Part shown: piece by piece, positions 53,450-62,334 of the stretch
How positions within the stretch are numbered: position 1 is the first letter of the stretch
Layout of the letters: every line of letters begins with the position of its first letter
Virus record (IMG/VR): IMGVR_UViG_3300020202_000061
Coordinates: 283,505 to 347,504 of that record
Length of the DNA stretch: 64,000 nucleotides
Direction: 5' to 3' (one strand)
The notes under the pieces: model-generated
What the model was told of the DNA's origin: nothing
Seen by the model: the letters and a program-made list of their open reading frames with translations, nothing else
Database searches by the model: none
Position numbers and translations under genes: made by a program

Positions 53450-55149
53450 TACGCACCCTCCTGCTCGTCCGCCTTGTCCTCGTCGCTCCAGATGAAACCC
53501 AGGAGCGACTTGGCGCGGGTGTAGGCGACGTAGACCAGATTTTCTTCCTGGTTCCACTGCCACGTGCCACGGCGCACGTACTTCGGGAAGAACAGGTCCT
53601 TGTCCAGGATGAACACGCGATCAGCCTCGGTGCCCTTGGCCTTGTGCACGGTGCTGAGGACGACCTTGCCCTTGGGCGTGCCGTTGTCGTCGGAACCCGT
53701 GGTGTCGAACAGGGACTGGATGTCGGCCACGACCGAAGTCGCCTTGTTGTCGGTATTGGCCTGGGTGAACACCAGGACGGACTCCGCCACGTCCTGGACC
53801 TTCTGGACCGCCGCTTCGTCGTCCGGGTTGTCCTTCATGATGAGGGCGATCTGCGTCTCCATCCAGCCACGGACCTGAGTGGTCAGTTCAGCGGTGGTCA
53901 CACCGTCCAACGAGATCACCTTCATCTTCTTGCCAGCCTGACGCGGGTTGTCCACCCACTGCTCAGTGCCGCACAGGCGCTCGATCAGGCTGATCAGGTT
54001 CTTGCCGATGTCACGGCCACGCACCACCACCGACACGCGGTCGCGGATCAGCTTGAAAGCGTAGCTGATGGTCGGCGCGTTGTTGCGGCAGATGATCAGG
54101 TCGTCCGGCTGGAACATGCTGGTCGGCACCACACCGAGTTCCTTGACCTCCCCGTCATGGGCGTTCGGAGCGGCCTGGATCGACGAAACGATCTCCTGGG
54201 CCAGCTTGACGATGCTCTTGCCGCAGCGATAGGTGATCGACAGGGGCAGTTCCTGGGCGTTGAACGCGGCCTTGAAGTTCTCGACCGAGCGGGTGTCCGC
54301 ACCACGGAACCCGTAGATGGCCTGATTGCTGTCGCCCACACCGATGACGATGCCACGCGGCTTCAACGACATCTTGATCAGCGCCATGTCCACGGCGTTC
54401 ACGTCCTGAACCTCGTCGATGATGATCACGTCGTACTTCTCGGCCGGGATCGGCGAGCCGCCGGGGCGCTTCACCACGCTCATGTACTTCTGGTCGTCGA
54501 AATCCACGACCATTTCGTTCGAGAGCGAAGTGCGCAGCACGTCCTCGACCATGCGGAACACGGTCGGACGATTGGGAACCTCGACGTTGCGGCCAAAGTG
54601 GTGGCAGATGTCCAGGAGTGACTCCGTGGTCACGTAGCTGCCGTTGATCGGCTCGACGCCCTGCACACCGGTCGGGGTCAGGCCCATGCTCTTGCACATG
54701 CCGACGAGGAAGCGCACGTCATCGCCATAGACCTTGATCTCGGCCTTCGAGAACATGTTGCGCATGATCTCGTTGGTCTTGAACGACTTGAGTTCGACCT
54801 GACCACGATGGACACCGCGAGCGTAGCGGGTCCACATGGCGAAGCCGAGCGCGTTGAGGGTCTTGGCCTCGACGTGGCGCGGCAGGCGCTGCTGGAGTTC
54901 CACGGCGATGGACTTGTTGAAGGCGAGGAAGAGCACGCGGTAGCCCAGCTTGATCAAGCGGGCGGCGGCGACGATGGTCGTGGTCTTGCCGGACCCGGCG
55001 ACCGCCTGAACCATCAGAGAATTGGTGGCCTGACCAGCCTCGTACTTCTGGAGTTCGTTCCAGAAGCTCATGAAGATGTCGCCCTGGTAATCGCTGGCGG
55101 TGGCCAGCTTGGTCATCTGGATGACTTCGTCTCGGGTGAACTGCTTCAA
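53449..55149 (-). CDS. UvrD/Rep-family SF1 helicase
   Basis: AVAGSGKTTT, LAFNK, IDEVQD, VGD..QAIYGFRGA, TYRC, STVHKAKG.E, YVA.TRA. Confidence 0.92.
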   Translation of the reverse strand: MKQFTRDEVIQMTKLATASDYQGDIFMSFWNELQKYEAGQATNSLMVQAVAGSGKTTTIVAAARLIKLGYRVLFLAFNKSIAVELQQRLPRHVEAKTLNALGFAMWTRYARGVHRGQVELKSFKTNEIMRNMFSKAEIKVYGDDVRFLVGMCKSMGLTPTGVQGVEPINGSYVTTESLLDICHHFGRNVEVPNRPTVFRMVEDVLRTSLSNEMVVDFDDQKYMSVVKRPGGSPIPAEKYDVIIIDEVQDVNAVDMALIKMSLKPRGIVIGVGDSNQAIYGFRGADTRSVENFKAAFNAQELPLSITYRCGKSIVKLAQEIVSSIQAAPNAHDGEVKELGVVPTSMFQPDDLIICRNNAPTISYAFKLIRDRVSVVVRGRDIGKNLISLIERLCGTEQWVDNPRQAGKKMKVISLDGVTTAELTTQVRGWMETQIALIMKDNPDDEAAVQKVQDVAESVLVFTQANTDNKATSVVADIQSLFDTTGSDDNGTPKGKVVLSTVHKAKGTEADRVFILDKDLFFPKYVRRGTWQWNQEENLVYVAYTRAKSLLGFIWSDEDKADEQEGA

Positions 55150-55178
55150 GGTGGTCTCCTGTGGTGCCTGACAGTATG

Positions 55179-55207
55179 GTTATAGCAGAAACCCCAGGGT
55201 TAGTCAA
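55179..55207 (-). promoter_or_regulatory. sigma70-type promoter of helicase operon
   Basis: TTGACT-N17-TATAAC. Confidence 0.7.
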
Positions 55208-55241
55208 GGAGAATCTCAACCCGGCACGAGTATTTCCAAAG

Positions 55242-55272
55242 AAAAACCCTACCAGAAATTGGTAGGGTTTTC
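55242..55272. terminator. Hairpin terminator
   Basis: AAAACCCTACC...GGTAGGGTTTT. Confidence 0.65.
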
Positions 55273-55296
55273 AAGAGTTTCCAGATGTTTCTGGGA

Positions 55297-55821
55297 TTAG
55301 GCTTCTACGTCGTCATCGACCTTTTTGGCCTTCTTCGCCTTCTGGAGCTTGGCGTCCTCACGGGCCACACGCTCCGCCTCCTGGGCGGCACCGGGATGCT
55401 GCTGGTTAAGTTGACCCAGGATATTGTTGAGGAGCGCACCCTCGGCGAGTTCTTTCCGATCCACGCCCTGTTCACCATCCTTGGCGGGACGCAGTGTTTT
55501 CGGAGTATCCACACGGATTCCTGTGAGATCGGCTAGGGTTTGAGCCTCACCATCCTCTGCACGACGAAACCGACTCGGAATGGGAAGGGCTTCGGCCGCC
55601 GCTTCAATCGGAGTGTTCGCCTGGGTCATAACCGGGGCCTTACTCCGACCCTGGGGCGGCACAAACGCACGCACATTCAGGGAACGATTGGCACTCGGTG
55701 CGGGACGAATACCAATTTCGGTCTTCGCCTCCTTGTAGTTGAGCGGGCGCTTTGCGGTCTCGATCAGATGATCCAGATTCAACGCTTCGCCACGCGCAGT
55801 GATAACATGTCCAGTACTCAT
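55297..55821 (-). CDS. Conserved jumbo-phage late protein
   Basis: TARG..L.LD N-terminus; TAAATA plus AGGAGG. Confidence 0.6.
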   Translation of the reverse strand: MSTGHVITARGEALNLDHLIETAKRPLNYKEAKTEIGIRPAPSANRSLNVRAFVPPQGRSKAPVMTQANTPIEAAAEALPIPSRFRRAEDGEAQTLADLTGIRVDTPKTLRPAKDGEQGVDRKELAEGALLNNILGQLNQQHPGAAQEAERVAREDAKLQKAKKAKKVDDDVEA

Positions 55822-55918
55822 TTTTGTTCCTCCTGTCTCATATTTATGCACCCGAAATTAATAGGGGCCGAGTCTAAATACGAGACAGAATCAGGAATAG
55901 TCCTGAAGGAGGTCTGCT

Positions 55919-56041
55919 ATGTTGTGGTTCATTCTCGGCGGTGTCGCCATCGTCGGTCTGTTCTGGTGGCTCGCACCGGACACTGTTAAGTCCGTGTGGG
56001 AGACCGTGAAGGGTTGGTTCTCTTCGGACAAGGCCGAGTAA
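55919..56041 (+). CDS. 40-aa membrane microprotein (not in ORF track)
   Basis: TAAATA 55875, AAGGAGG RBS, MLWFILGGVAIVGLFWWLAPDTVKSVWETVKGWFSSDKAE, own terminator. Confidence 0.75.
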   Translation: MLWFILGGVAIVGLFWWLAPDTVKSVWETVKGWFSSDKAE

Positions 56042-56047
56042 CGAACA

Positions 56048-56077
56048 GGGCGGGAACTTCACCCGCCCTTTTCTTTT
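56048..56077 (+). terminator. Intrinsic terminator
   Basis: GGGCGGG-AACTTCA-CCCGCCC plus TTTTCTTTT. Confidence 0.8.
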
Positions 56078-56094
56078 CAACACACTAACATGGT

Positions 56095-56131
56095 TTTTGC
56101 AAACTAACATCCGCAGTGTTAGTTTGCAAAA
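56095..56131. repeat. Perfect 15-bp AT-rich inverted repeat
   Basis: TTTTGCAAACTAACA-TCCGCAG-TGTTAGTTTGCAAAA. Confidence 0.8.
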
Positions 56132-56136
56132 GTGTG

Positions 56137-56481
56137 TTAGGATTCAGTGATATTTTGATCCTCTCGAATTCTCACGCCCATAGCGGCCTCATCCAATCGT
56201 GTTTGGAGAAATCCCTCGTAAATCTCCTCTAAAAGATCATCGATGTGTTCCAGATAGAACAGGATATGCTCGAATCGAATCGGGTATAGCTGACCAGGAT
56301 CACGTTCCCCGATGATCCACGGTACAATATCGAGTTGACCGTGGTTGAGGCTGACCAGCATGGGCCAGCGAACCTCGAATACCTTGACTTGGGTGCGACC
56401 GGCCGCGCTCACCGTCTCCACCTTGACCACATCAGCGATGATCTCTTCTCCGGTGATCAACTTGAATACCTTGGGATTCAT
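56137..56481 (-). CDS. Sm-like fold phage protein
   Basis: VFKLITGEEIIA..P...PW pattern; AGGAG RBS. Confidence 0.55.
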   Translation of the reverse strand: MNPKVFKLITGEEIIADVVKVETVSAAGRTQVKVFEVRWPMLVSLNHGQLDIVPWIIGERDPGQLYPIRFEHILFYLEHIDDLLEEIYEGFLQTRLDEAAMGVRIREDQNITES

Positions 56482-56570
56482 GAAATACTCTCCTTGTGGA
56501 GCATAGGTGTCGCAATAGATGCACTGCATGGATTGGGTGCGGTAGGTCTTCCCGCAATTTCGACAAAGGG

Positions 56571-57107
56571 TCATTTAAGAAACTCTTCAATCGGAATATC
56601 GTAGCGGACGGGATCGACCTTGTTGATCCCCAACACGAACAGGACAAGGCTCGCGCAGGAACTGCCACGACCCACTCCCCAAACCACCTTGTTATCCCTG
56701 AAGGTCTGGATCACATAGAGCAGGCAACGGATGAACGGGAACATCTCCCTCATCCGCATCTGTTCGAGTTCAACGGCGAGACGCTCCGGATAAGGGTCCT
56801 GAACCAGACCACGCTCCAGCAGCATTTCCACGGCGAGTTCTTCCACGTCAAGGGTTTGGAATTCCTCGGGAATATTCCAGGAAAATGTAGAGGGAAGAGG
56901 TCCTTCCAGATCGCCCTGATCGCGCCACACCTCCAGGGGTTTGCCCGAGCGTAGTCGGTAAAGGTCTACATCCGGATGGGGGTGGGTTAGGAGTCCGTCC
57001 AGGGATTCCCCACCACGAGCACGGCGTAACAACGCGTCGTAGCTGAGGACAACCTCGCCACGGTCGGTCACAGTGCGGTCGGGTAATTCCAGGAGTTTCG
57101 TACTCAT
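56571..57107 (-). CDS. dnaE: DNA polymerase III alpha (DnaE) fragment, split gene
   Basis: ERL..EL, WGVGRGSSCASLVLFVLGI..VDP..Y....EFL. Confidence 0.85.
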   Translation of the reverse strand: MSTKLLELPDRTVTDRGEVVLSYDALLRRARGGESLDGLLTHPHPDVDLYRLRSGKPLEVWRDQGDLEGPLPSTFSWNIPEEFQTLDVEELAVEMLLERGLVQDPYPERLAVELEQMRMREMFPFIRCLLYVIQTFRDNKVVWGVGRGSSCASLVLFVLGINKVDPVRYDIPIEEFLK

Positions 57108-57208
57108 CCCGATAATCTGGTTCCGGGGTGGTAATATTTCCAGTGGTCTCGGATTTTGCCCCGAACATAAATAGTTAGCAATTACAGAATCCCAAGAGGA
57201 GTCTCCAC

Positions 57209-58489
57209 GTGACGAAGCTATCTGTGAACCTGATTCAGTCCAAGTTGCTGAAGGAAGACGAGGTCAAAAAGGCCACCTACCAGAAGCAGGAACTGCGGAA
57301 GAATCGCCAGTCCAAAGAAGTGGGCAAGCCCAAGGACCTGAGCGGTTCGGTGACCAAGATCACGCAGATCGAGGTCCCCTCGGAGAAGTCTCTGAGCAAG
57401 GCCAGCGAGAAGCCGGGCATCCCCCAGGCTGATTTCGCCTACACCTATACGGACAAACAAAAGAATCCGACTTGGAGCAAGTCCGGTGACGAGGGCTCAC
57501 CGAAGGTGCCCAGCACGAAGCGGGACAAGCCCAACCAGACGACCAAGCTCAAGCAGGTCGGTAAGACCATCAAGAATACCGAGGCCGATAAGGAAGGCGG
57601 AATGGGTCTGCCAGCGGGTAAGGACCCGAGCAAGACCGTGGACGCGATGCCTCGTGGATCGAAGAATCTCAACGCTTCCGGCGATGATGTGCCGGTGGTA
57701 AAGGCCCCGAAGGCTGCATCCCTTAACTCGACGACTCGCCCGAAAGGTGGTGAACGTAAAGCGAGCTTCGACACCAAGGACCGGCAGAAGCCGGACCAGA
57801 CCAAGCAGCCCTCGGGAGACCTTCCCACGCCGAGTGATGCCCCGAAGAAGGTCACGTTCAAGACCGAGAAGCAGGGCCACAACGTGCGTGAGAGCGCCGT
57901 GGCGGTGATCGTCAACGGTAAGACCAAGGGTCGCATGGAAGTCGTGACTGAGGGCATCGTGAAGAAACTCCAGGAGCAATACGGCAAGTTCGGCTACAAG
58001 GTCGATGTGAAGCCGGTCCGTTCCGCTTGGATGGACGACAAGGCGTTCCTCAAGCTGATGCGCGAGTGGGTGGATGCGAAGTTCAACTTCGTCCCGACCA
58101 TCGCCGAGAAGGCCCGCAAGGAAGCGTTCCAGCGTTTCTACAACACCGCGAAGTCCTCCTACAATGGCCTGTTTGAGTCCCGTCAGGACTTCCTCAAGGC
58201 GGTGAAGGCGGCGTTCGCCCTGGTCGAGAAGCGTATCGAGAAGAAGTATGTTGGTGGTCTGGAACTGTTCGAGTGCACCGCTCGTGTCCGGAAGGGCAAG
58301 AAGGTGTTCGACATGACCGTGTTGACCGAGGCGACTGGCCATGAGATGGCTGCGCGTCAGGTTCGCCAGCAGATCATCGCCGAGTACGGATTCGATCTGA
58401 AGCTGCGCCACGTCTTCGTGGACGGCAAGAAATTCGCTCCCGAGCAGATCGTGGAGTGGGCTCCGGTTGAGTCAAAAAAAAGTAACTGA
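57209..58489 (+). CDS. Lys-rich late protein, possible internal head protein
   Basis: TAAATA 57168, GAGGAG RBS; LxE sites; low-complexity N-half. Confidence 0.6.
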   Translation: MTKLSVNLIQSKLLKEDEVKKATYQKQELRKNRQSKEVGKPKDLSGSVTKITQIEVPSEKSLSKASEKPGIPQADFAYTYTDKQKNPTWSKSGDEGSPKVPSTKRDKPNQTTKLKQVGKTIKNTEADKEGGMGLPAGKDPSKTVDAMPRGSKNLNASGDDVPVVKAPKAASLNSTTRPKGGERKASFDTKDRQKPDQTKQPSGDLPTPSDAPKKVTFKTEKQGHNVRESAVAVIVNGKTKGRMEVVTEGIVKKLQEQYGKFGYKVDVKPVRSAWMDDKAFLKLMREWVDAKFNFVPTIAEKARKEAFQRFYNTAKSSYNGLFESRQDFLKAVKAAFALVEKRIEKKYVGGLELFECTARVRKGKKVFDMTVLTEATGHEMAARQVRQQIIAEYGFDLKLRHVFVDGKKFAPEQIVEWAPVESKKSN

Positions 58490-58928
58490 AGACCTGATTG
58501 ATCAGGAACCTCAGATTGGTGGTGGTGGTGATCACCACGATGATATGATCGTTCTCATCAACGGGGATGGTCGCGCCACGGCATTGAGCCGTCAATCAAA
58601 CATCCCACAGGATGGAGCCATGGTCACTTATTTCTTTGACAGTGACGATGGTGAGGTGGGTGTAACATTCTTCAAGGATCAGATCACCCCAGCAGCAATT
58701 CAGTCACTCTATAACGTCTTGAGGACCAAGACCGAGGATTATCAGCCGTTAACGTTCTTTACCGAAGGACCACAATATGGCTACAAAGGCGCGATCTTGT
58801 TCGAGAGCAATCAACGTCAGAAAGCGTTCAACTATCTAAATGAACTTTTTAAGCGCAGATCGGTAGACTCAGCGAATCTCTCCAAGGTCAAGCAGATTCG
58901 CATGCAGCAGGAATCCAGGAACCGCTAA
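58467..58928 (+). CDS. Hypothetical protein
   Basis: Follows previous gene; start uncertain. Confidence 0.5.
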   Translation: MSQKKVTEDLIDQEPQIGGGGDHHDDMIVLINGDGRATALSRQSNIPQDGAMVTYFFDSDDGEVGVTFFKDQITPAAIQSLYNVLRTKTEDYQPLTFFTEGPQYGYKGAILFESNQRQKAFNYLNELFKRRSVDSANLSKVKQIRMQQESRNR

Positions 58929-58931
58929 AAG

Positions 58932-58959
58932 AAAAGGCCGGGAAATTTCCCGGCCTTTT
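58932..58959. terminator. Bidirectional terminator (perfect palindrome)
   Basis: AAAAGGCCGGGAAATTTCCCGGCCTTTT. Confidence 0.8.
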
Positions 58960-58961
58960 TG

Positions 58962-59348
58962 TTATCCACCAATCTTTGTAAAATCCACCCCTTTGAGGGC
59001 GTCCAGGGCTCCTGCCCCGGCTGGAAGGATACCTGAGGTCTCCTTGGTGTAGACCGCAGCCATCTCCGGATTCGGCACCATCACCAGGATGACGTGATTG
59101 GCCTGGATTCGATGCTCATCACCAAGCTGGTATAGAGGCTGACCATACGGGAAGTTTTGCACCACCCCCTCCGGCGGTCCACTTGGAGTGCGCTGCACCA
59201 CCTGAATCTGAAACAGTCGGAGTTGACCTACCACGAGTTCCTGGTTGGCCGCGTCCAGACTCTTCAATTTGGTGACGAGTTGGACCCCACTAACGAGGTC
59301 CAACGTAATCACCTTCCCGACGTATTGGGTGAGAAGCTCGACCCTCAC
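58962..59348 (-). CDS. Sm-like fold phage protein
   Basis: VITLDLVSG.QLV.K ... Y...TSGI. Confidence 0.55.
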   Translation of the reverse strand: MRVELLTQYVGKVITLDLVSGVQLVTKLKSLDAANQELVVGQLRLFQIQVVQRTPSGPPEGVVQNFPYGQPLYQLGDEHRIQANHVILVMVPNPEMAAVYTKETSGILPAGAGALDALKGVDFTKIGG

Positions 59349-59935
59349 GCCTGGGCCGCAGGCTGTTTGGCCTTCGCCTTCTTAGCCTTCGGAGTCTTCA
59401 CCTTGCTGGCGAGCTTCTCCAAGGACGCCGCCATCTTGTTCTGGCCCTCCACGAGGGTGGCCAGGATCGCAGCAAGCGTCGGATCAACCGTCGAGACAGT
59501 CGGAGCCGGAAGACCAACCGGAGCACCCACCACGGGCTGATATCCCTGCACCACTTCGGGTGCGGCATTGCCCTCGATGGAGCGACCGTAGCCCTTGAAA
59601 AAGGCAAGCTGCTCCGGATGCATCTCGGTGATCTCCTTGATCGGGAGCGAGTTCATGATCGTCTTGAACGCGTGGTGCTTGCACAGGTAGCTGAACCAAT
59701 CCTGACCCGAGCGATGCGGCTCCTTCTGGAGCAGCGGGATCAGATAGTCCATCTTTTGTGCGATTTCGGACGATGCGATTCTACGCAGGTCCATCTGGTC
59801 ATCCATGGAAAGCGCATTCACACGCACCAGGAGGACAGCGTTGATCGACTTCTTATAGCCGATCACCACCACCTCCTCGCGGTTGTGCTTTCCATAGTGA
59901 CGGAGAGTTGACTCAGTCATAATGGTTTCCCCCAA
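59345..59935 (-). CDS. Hypothetical protein
   Basis: LRHYG N-terminus; Lys/Ala tail. Confidence 0.6.
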   Translation of the reverse strand: MGETIMTESTLRHYGKHNREEVVVIGYKKSINAVLLVRVNALSMDDQMDLRRIASSEIAQKMDYLIPLLQKEPHRSGQDWFSYLCKHHAFKTIMNSLPIKEITEMHPEQLAFFKGYGRSIEGNAAPEVVQGYQPVVGAPVGLPAPTVSTVDPTLAAILATLVEGQNKMAASLEKLASKVKTPKAKKAKAKQPAAQA

Positions 59936-59946
59936 TAGGACCGGAC

Positions 59947-60207
59947 TTAACCGGCCGCAACCTCTTCAGCAGCCGGGGCATTGGCCGCCGGGGCTTCAAG
60001 CGTCACAGCCTGCTGGGGCTGATCCAGATTCTTGCCAGTCGCGTTGTTGATGTTCGCGACCAACCGGTTGCGAACCAGACCAACGATATGAGCCTCCGCA
60101 CCCGTGATCGCGCCACGCTGAAACGCACGGTCAATCACCTGAACACTCACATAAGCCTCCGCTACGGAGACCTCGATACGCTTTGCCTGCTCTTCTGTAC
60201 TGAACAT
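59947..60207 (-). CDS. Conserved phage protein (ID.A..RGA..G.E..VG motif)
   Basis: Motif recalled from T4-like/jumbo phages. Confidence 0.6.
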   Translation of the reverse strand: MFSTEEQAKRIEVSVAEAYVSVQVIDRAFQRGAITGAEAHIVGLVRNRLVANINNATGKNLDQPQQAVTLEAPAANAPAAEEVAAG

Positions 60208-60208
60208 C

Positions 60209-60706
60209 TCAAATACCTTTCTTTAGTTGTTTCAATTCCCCAAATACCTCAGGGAGGTCAGTGTCACTTTGAACACGAATGTATTTATACGTGGTCGCAA
60301 TAAACAGGGACACTTTCTGCTCTTGTAAATTTATCTTCGCCTTCAAATCCTCTTCACTAATATTTTCATCGAACACATCGATGCCCACACCGAGGGTGTT
60401 GACGGAGATGGATTCGCCCAGATCGAGGTAGCTGAGCCAGTGTTGGGGGAGGATTGATTCGTTATCCACGACGATGAACTGTTCCTGATAGGACGAGCCC
60501 AGCAGGAGTTTCTTCGCGATGTTCTTGCAGGTGCGATCTGCCGCTTTCAGAGCGGCTTTATCCCGCAGGGTGCAGTAGTCGGTCAGGGCCAGCTTATAGG
60601 CCGTGATGTGGTTGAGATCGGGATTCAGAAACTCCATCACCGCCGCCACTACCTGACGCTTCAGCGGCGAATCCACCCCACGAATGAAGACGAATGTTTT
60701 GAACAT
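60209..60706 (-). CDS. Hypothetical protein (degenerate P-loop-kinase-like layout)
   Basis: FIRG...K, IVVDN; TAAATA in hairpin upstream. Confidence 0.5.
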   Translation of the reverse strand: MFKTFVFIRGVDSPLKRQVVAAVMEFLNPDLNHITAYKLALTDYCTLRDKAALKAADRTCKNIAKKLLLGSSYQEQFIVVDNESILPQHWLSYLDLGESISVNTLGVGIDVFDENISEEDLKAKINLQEQKVSLFIATTYKYIRVQSDTDLPEVFGELKQLKKGI

Positions 60707-60748
60707 GAAAAAATTTCCTCACCCGTATTTACGGGGAGGAAATTTTAA

Positions 60749-61474
60749 CTAGGCTACTTTCCGTTGGGTGCTGGTCCGGAGGAGAGACCAGTTGATTTTG
60801 GACTGGGGATAGGTGATACCGCCCTGGATATTGAGGCGAACCCGACCGGATTGGAGTTCCTGGACAATCTGTTTCATGCGGGCTTGGTGTTGGGGATTGG
60901 AGCGACCAAGTTGGAAGTAGTCGAATCCCTCCAGGACCACAGCCTTCTGTTGGGGAAACTGGTTCATGACCAGGAAGTAGCTGGCCTGACCGATGACCTC
61001 GGTGAACAGAGCGGGGACCGCAGGTTTCGGGGCGAGTCGGGCGTGGACCAGATACGCGTTGAGTTCGCCACGATAGGTGAAGTTGTGGGATTTGTACCGG
61101 CCCTGAGTCTTCCTGTTCGGACCGACATGGGCGTAGTAGTCGTGTACGGTACGGAAGATGTTGTTCTGCTCGTCCCGCATGATCGGATGATTACCACCAC
61201 CCCGGAATACCTTGAGTCGCTTGTTCTGGATGATATCCTGGCCCACACCTTCCGGACCCGAATAGGGGTCATCCTGGGTGAACTCCACATTCACATCCGA
61301 CTGGAGACGCTTCATCATCACGTCGTTCCGCGCCAATAGCGCCTTGTAGGCGGGCACCGCCTGGGGCTCGGTCTGAGGCTTCCGGTCGTAGGTCTCGGCG
61401 ACCACAGCCGCATACGCCCACATCTGAAGGTCATGGACACGGACGGCTTCGGAAAGGAACCGGATCAGTCTCAT
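60749..61474 (-). CDS. Hypothetical protein with FR.VHD..H motif
   Basis: NNIFRTVHDYYAH...GE.NA...H..TE..GQ; N-terminus MRLIRFLSEA. Confidence 0.6.
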   Translation of the reverse strand: MRLIRFLSEAVRVHDLQMWAYAAVVAETYDRKPQTEPQAVPAYKALLARNDVMMKRLQSDVNVEFTQDDPYSGPEGVGQDIIQNKRLKVFRGGGNHPIMRDEQNNIFRTVHDYYAHVGPNRKTQGRYKSHNFTYRGELNAYLVHARLAPKPAVPALFTEVIGQASYFLVMNQFPQQKAVVLEGFDYFQLGRSNPQHQARMKQIVQELQSGRVRLNIQGGITYPQSKINWSLLRTSTQRKVA

Positions 61475-62334
61475 ACCAGCACATACCTTCCCTGAGCCTC
61501 GGCCAGGGCGTTCTCAAAATGGGATGCAAGAATCTCAGCAAGATCATCGAGCCATCTACCATAGTAGTCGAAATCGTGATCATTCACCTTAGACCGAGCC
61601 GCGTAGCCTCCACGCTTACCGAAATACTTCGGGAGTGGATTAAACGTGATCTTCCCCGTGGTCACATACTGGGCGAATAGCTCATAGAGGAACTCGACCG
61701 CGTCCACCAACTTCCCACCACGTGCGGAGCGCATCGTGCCAATAGCCGAGAGAAAGTGACCTACCATGACATCACGGAATTCGAATTCACGCCCCTGGGA
61801 GTAACTGGCGGATCGTCTCCGCACCCCATAGACCTGATCCAACAGACCCAGAACTACGCGGGTCAATTCACGCCGCGCCTCTCCCCAGGAGTAGATGTTG
61901 TTTCCGTTACTCATTACGTTGGACTGACGAAAAGCGTGTCCCAGACGATGAGCCATCATCCACGGTGTGAGTGGGTATCTGGGCGATCCCTTGTTACCGG
62001 TGAAGATCACATTGATGTCGTCGAACTTGGGCTTCTTCTGACTGAGCACGGCCCAGGTCTTCGGATACTTCTCGGCCAGACGTTCCGGACTGATCACACC
62101 ATCGAACGTGGCCGGATTAATCTCGGGTAGATTCACGAAGTACATGTTCAGGACGAACGGAGTTTTGCCGAATTGCTGACGAGCACTGTCCTGGAGCTTT
62201 GGCGACCGCACGAGCTTACGATCCGAGGGGATGCGGAACCGGCTGTTGCGATCCTTATTGCCCCAGAGACCGATGGTCTCGAAATCCCCAATCGGAGCTT
62301 CGTAGAGCGGTGTGTTGAACTGGCTCAGTTTCAC
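61471..62334 (-). CDS. Hypothetical protein with zincin-like HxxxH motif
   Basis: TPWMMAHRLGHA...EFLYELFAQY; N-terminus ...LYEA. Confidence 0.6.
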   Translation of the reverse strand: MKLSQFNTPLYEAPIGDFETIGLWGNKDRNSRFRIPSDRKLVRSPKLQDSARQQFGKTPFVLNMYFVNLPEINPATFDGVISPERLAEKYPKTWAVLSQKKPKFDDINVIFTGNKGSPRYPLTPWMMAHRLGHAFRQSNVMSNGNNIYSWGEARRELTRVVLGLLDQVYGVRRRSASYSQGREFEFRDVMVGHFLSAIGTMRSARGGKLVDAVEFLYELFAQYVTTGKITFNPLPKYFGKRGGYAARSKVNDHDFDYYGRWLDDLAEILASHFENALAEAQGRYVLV

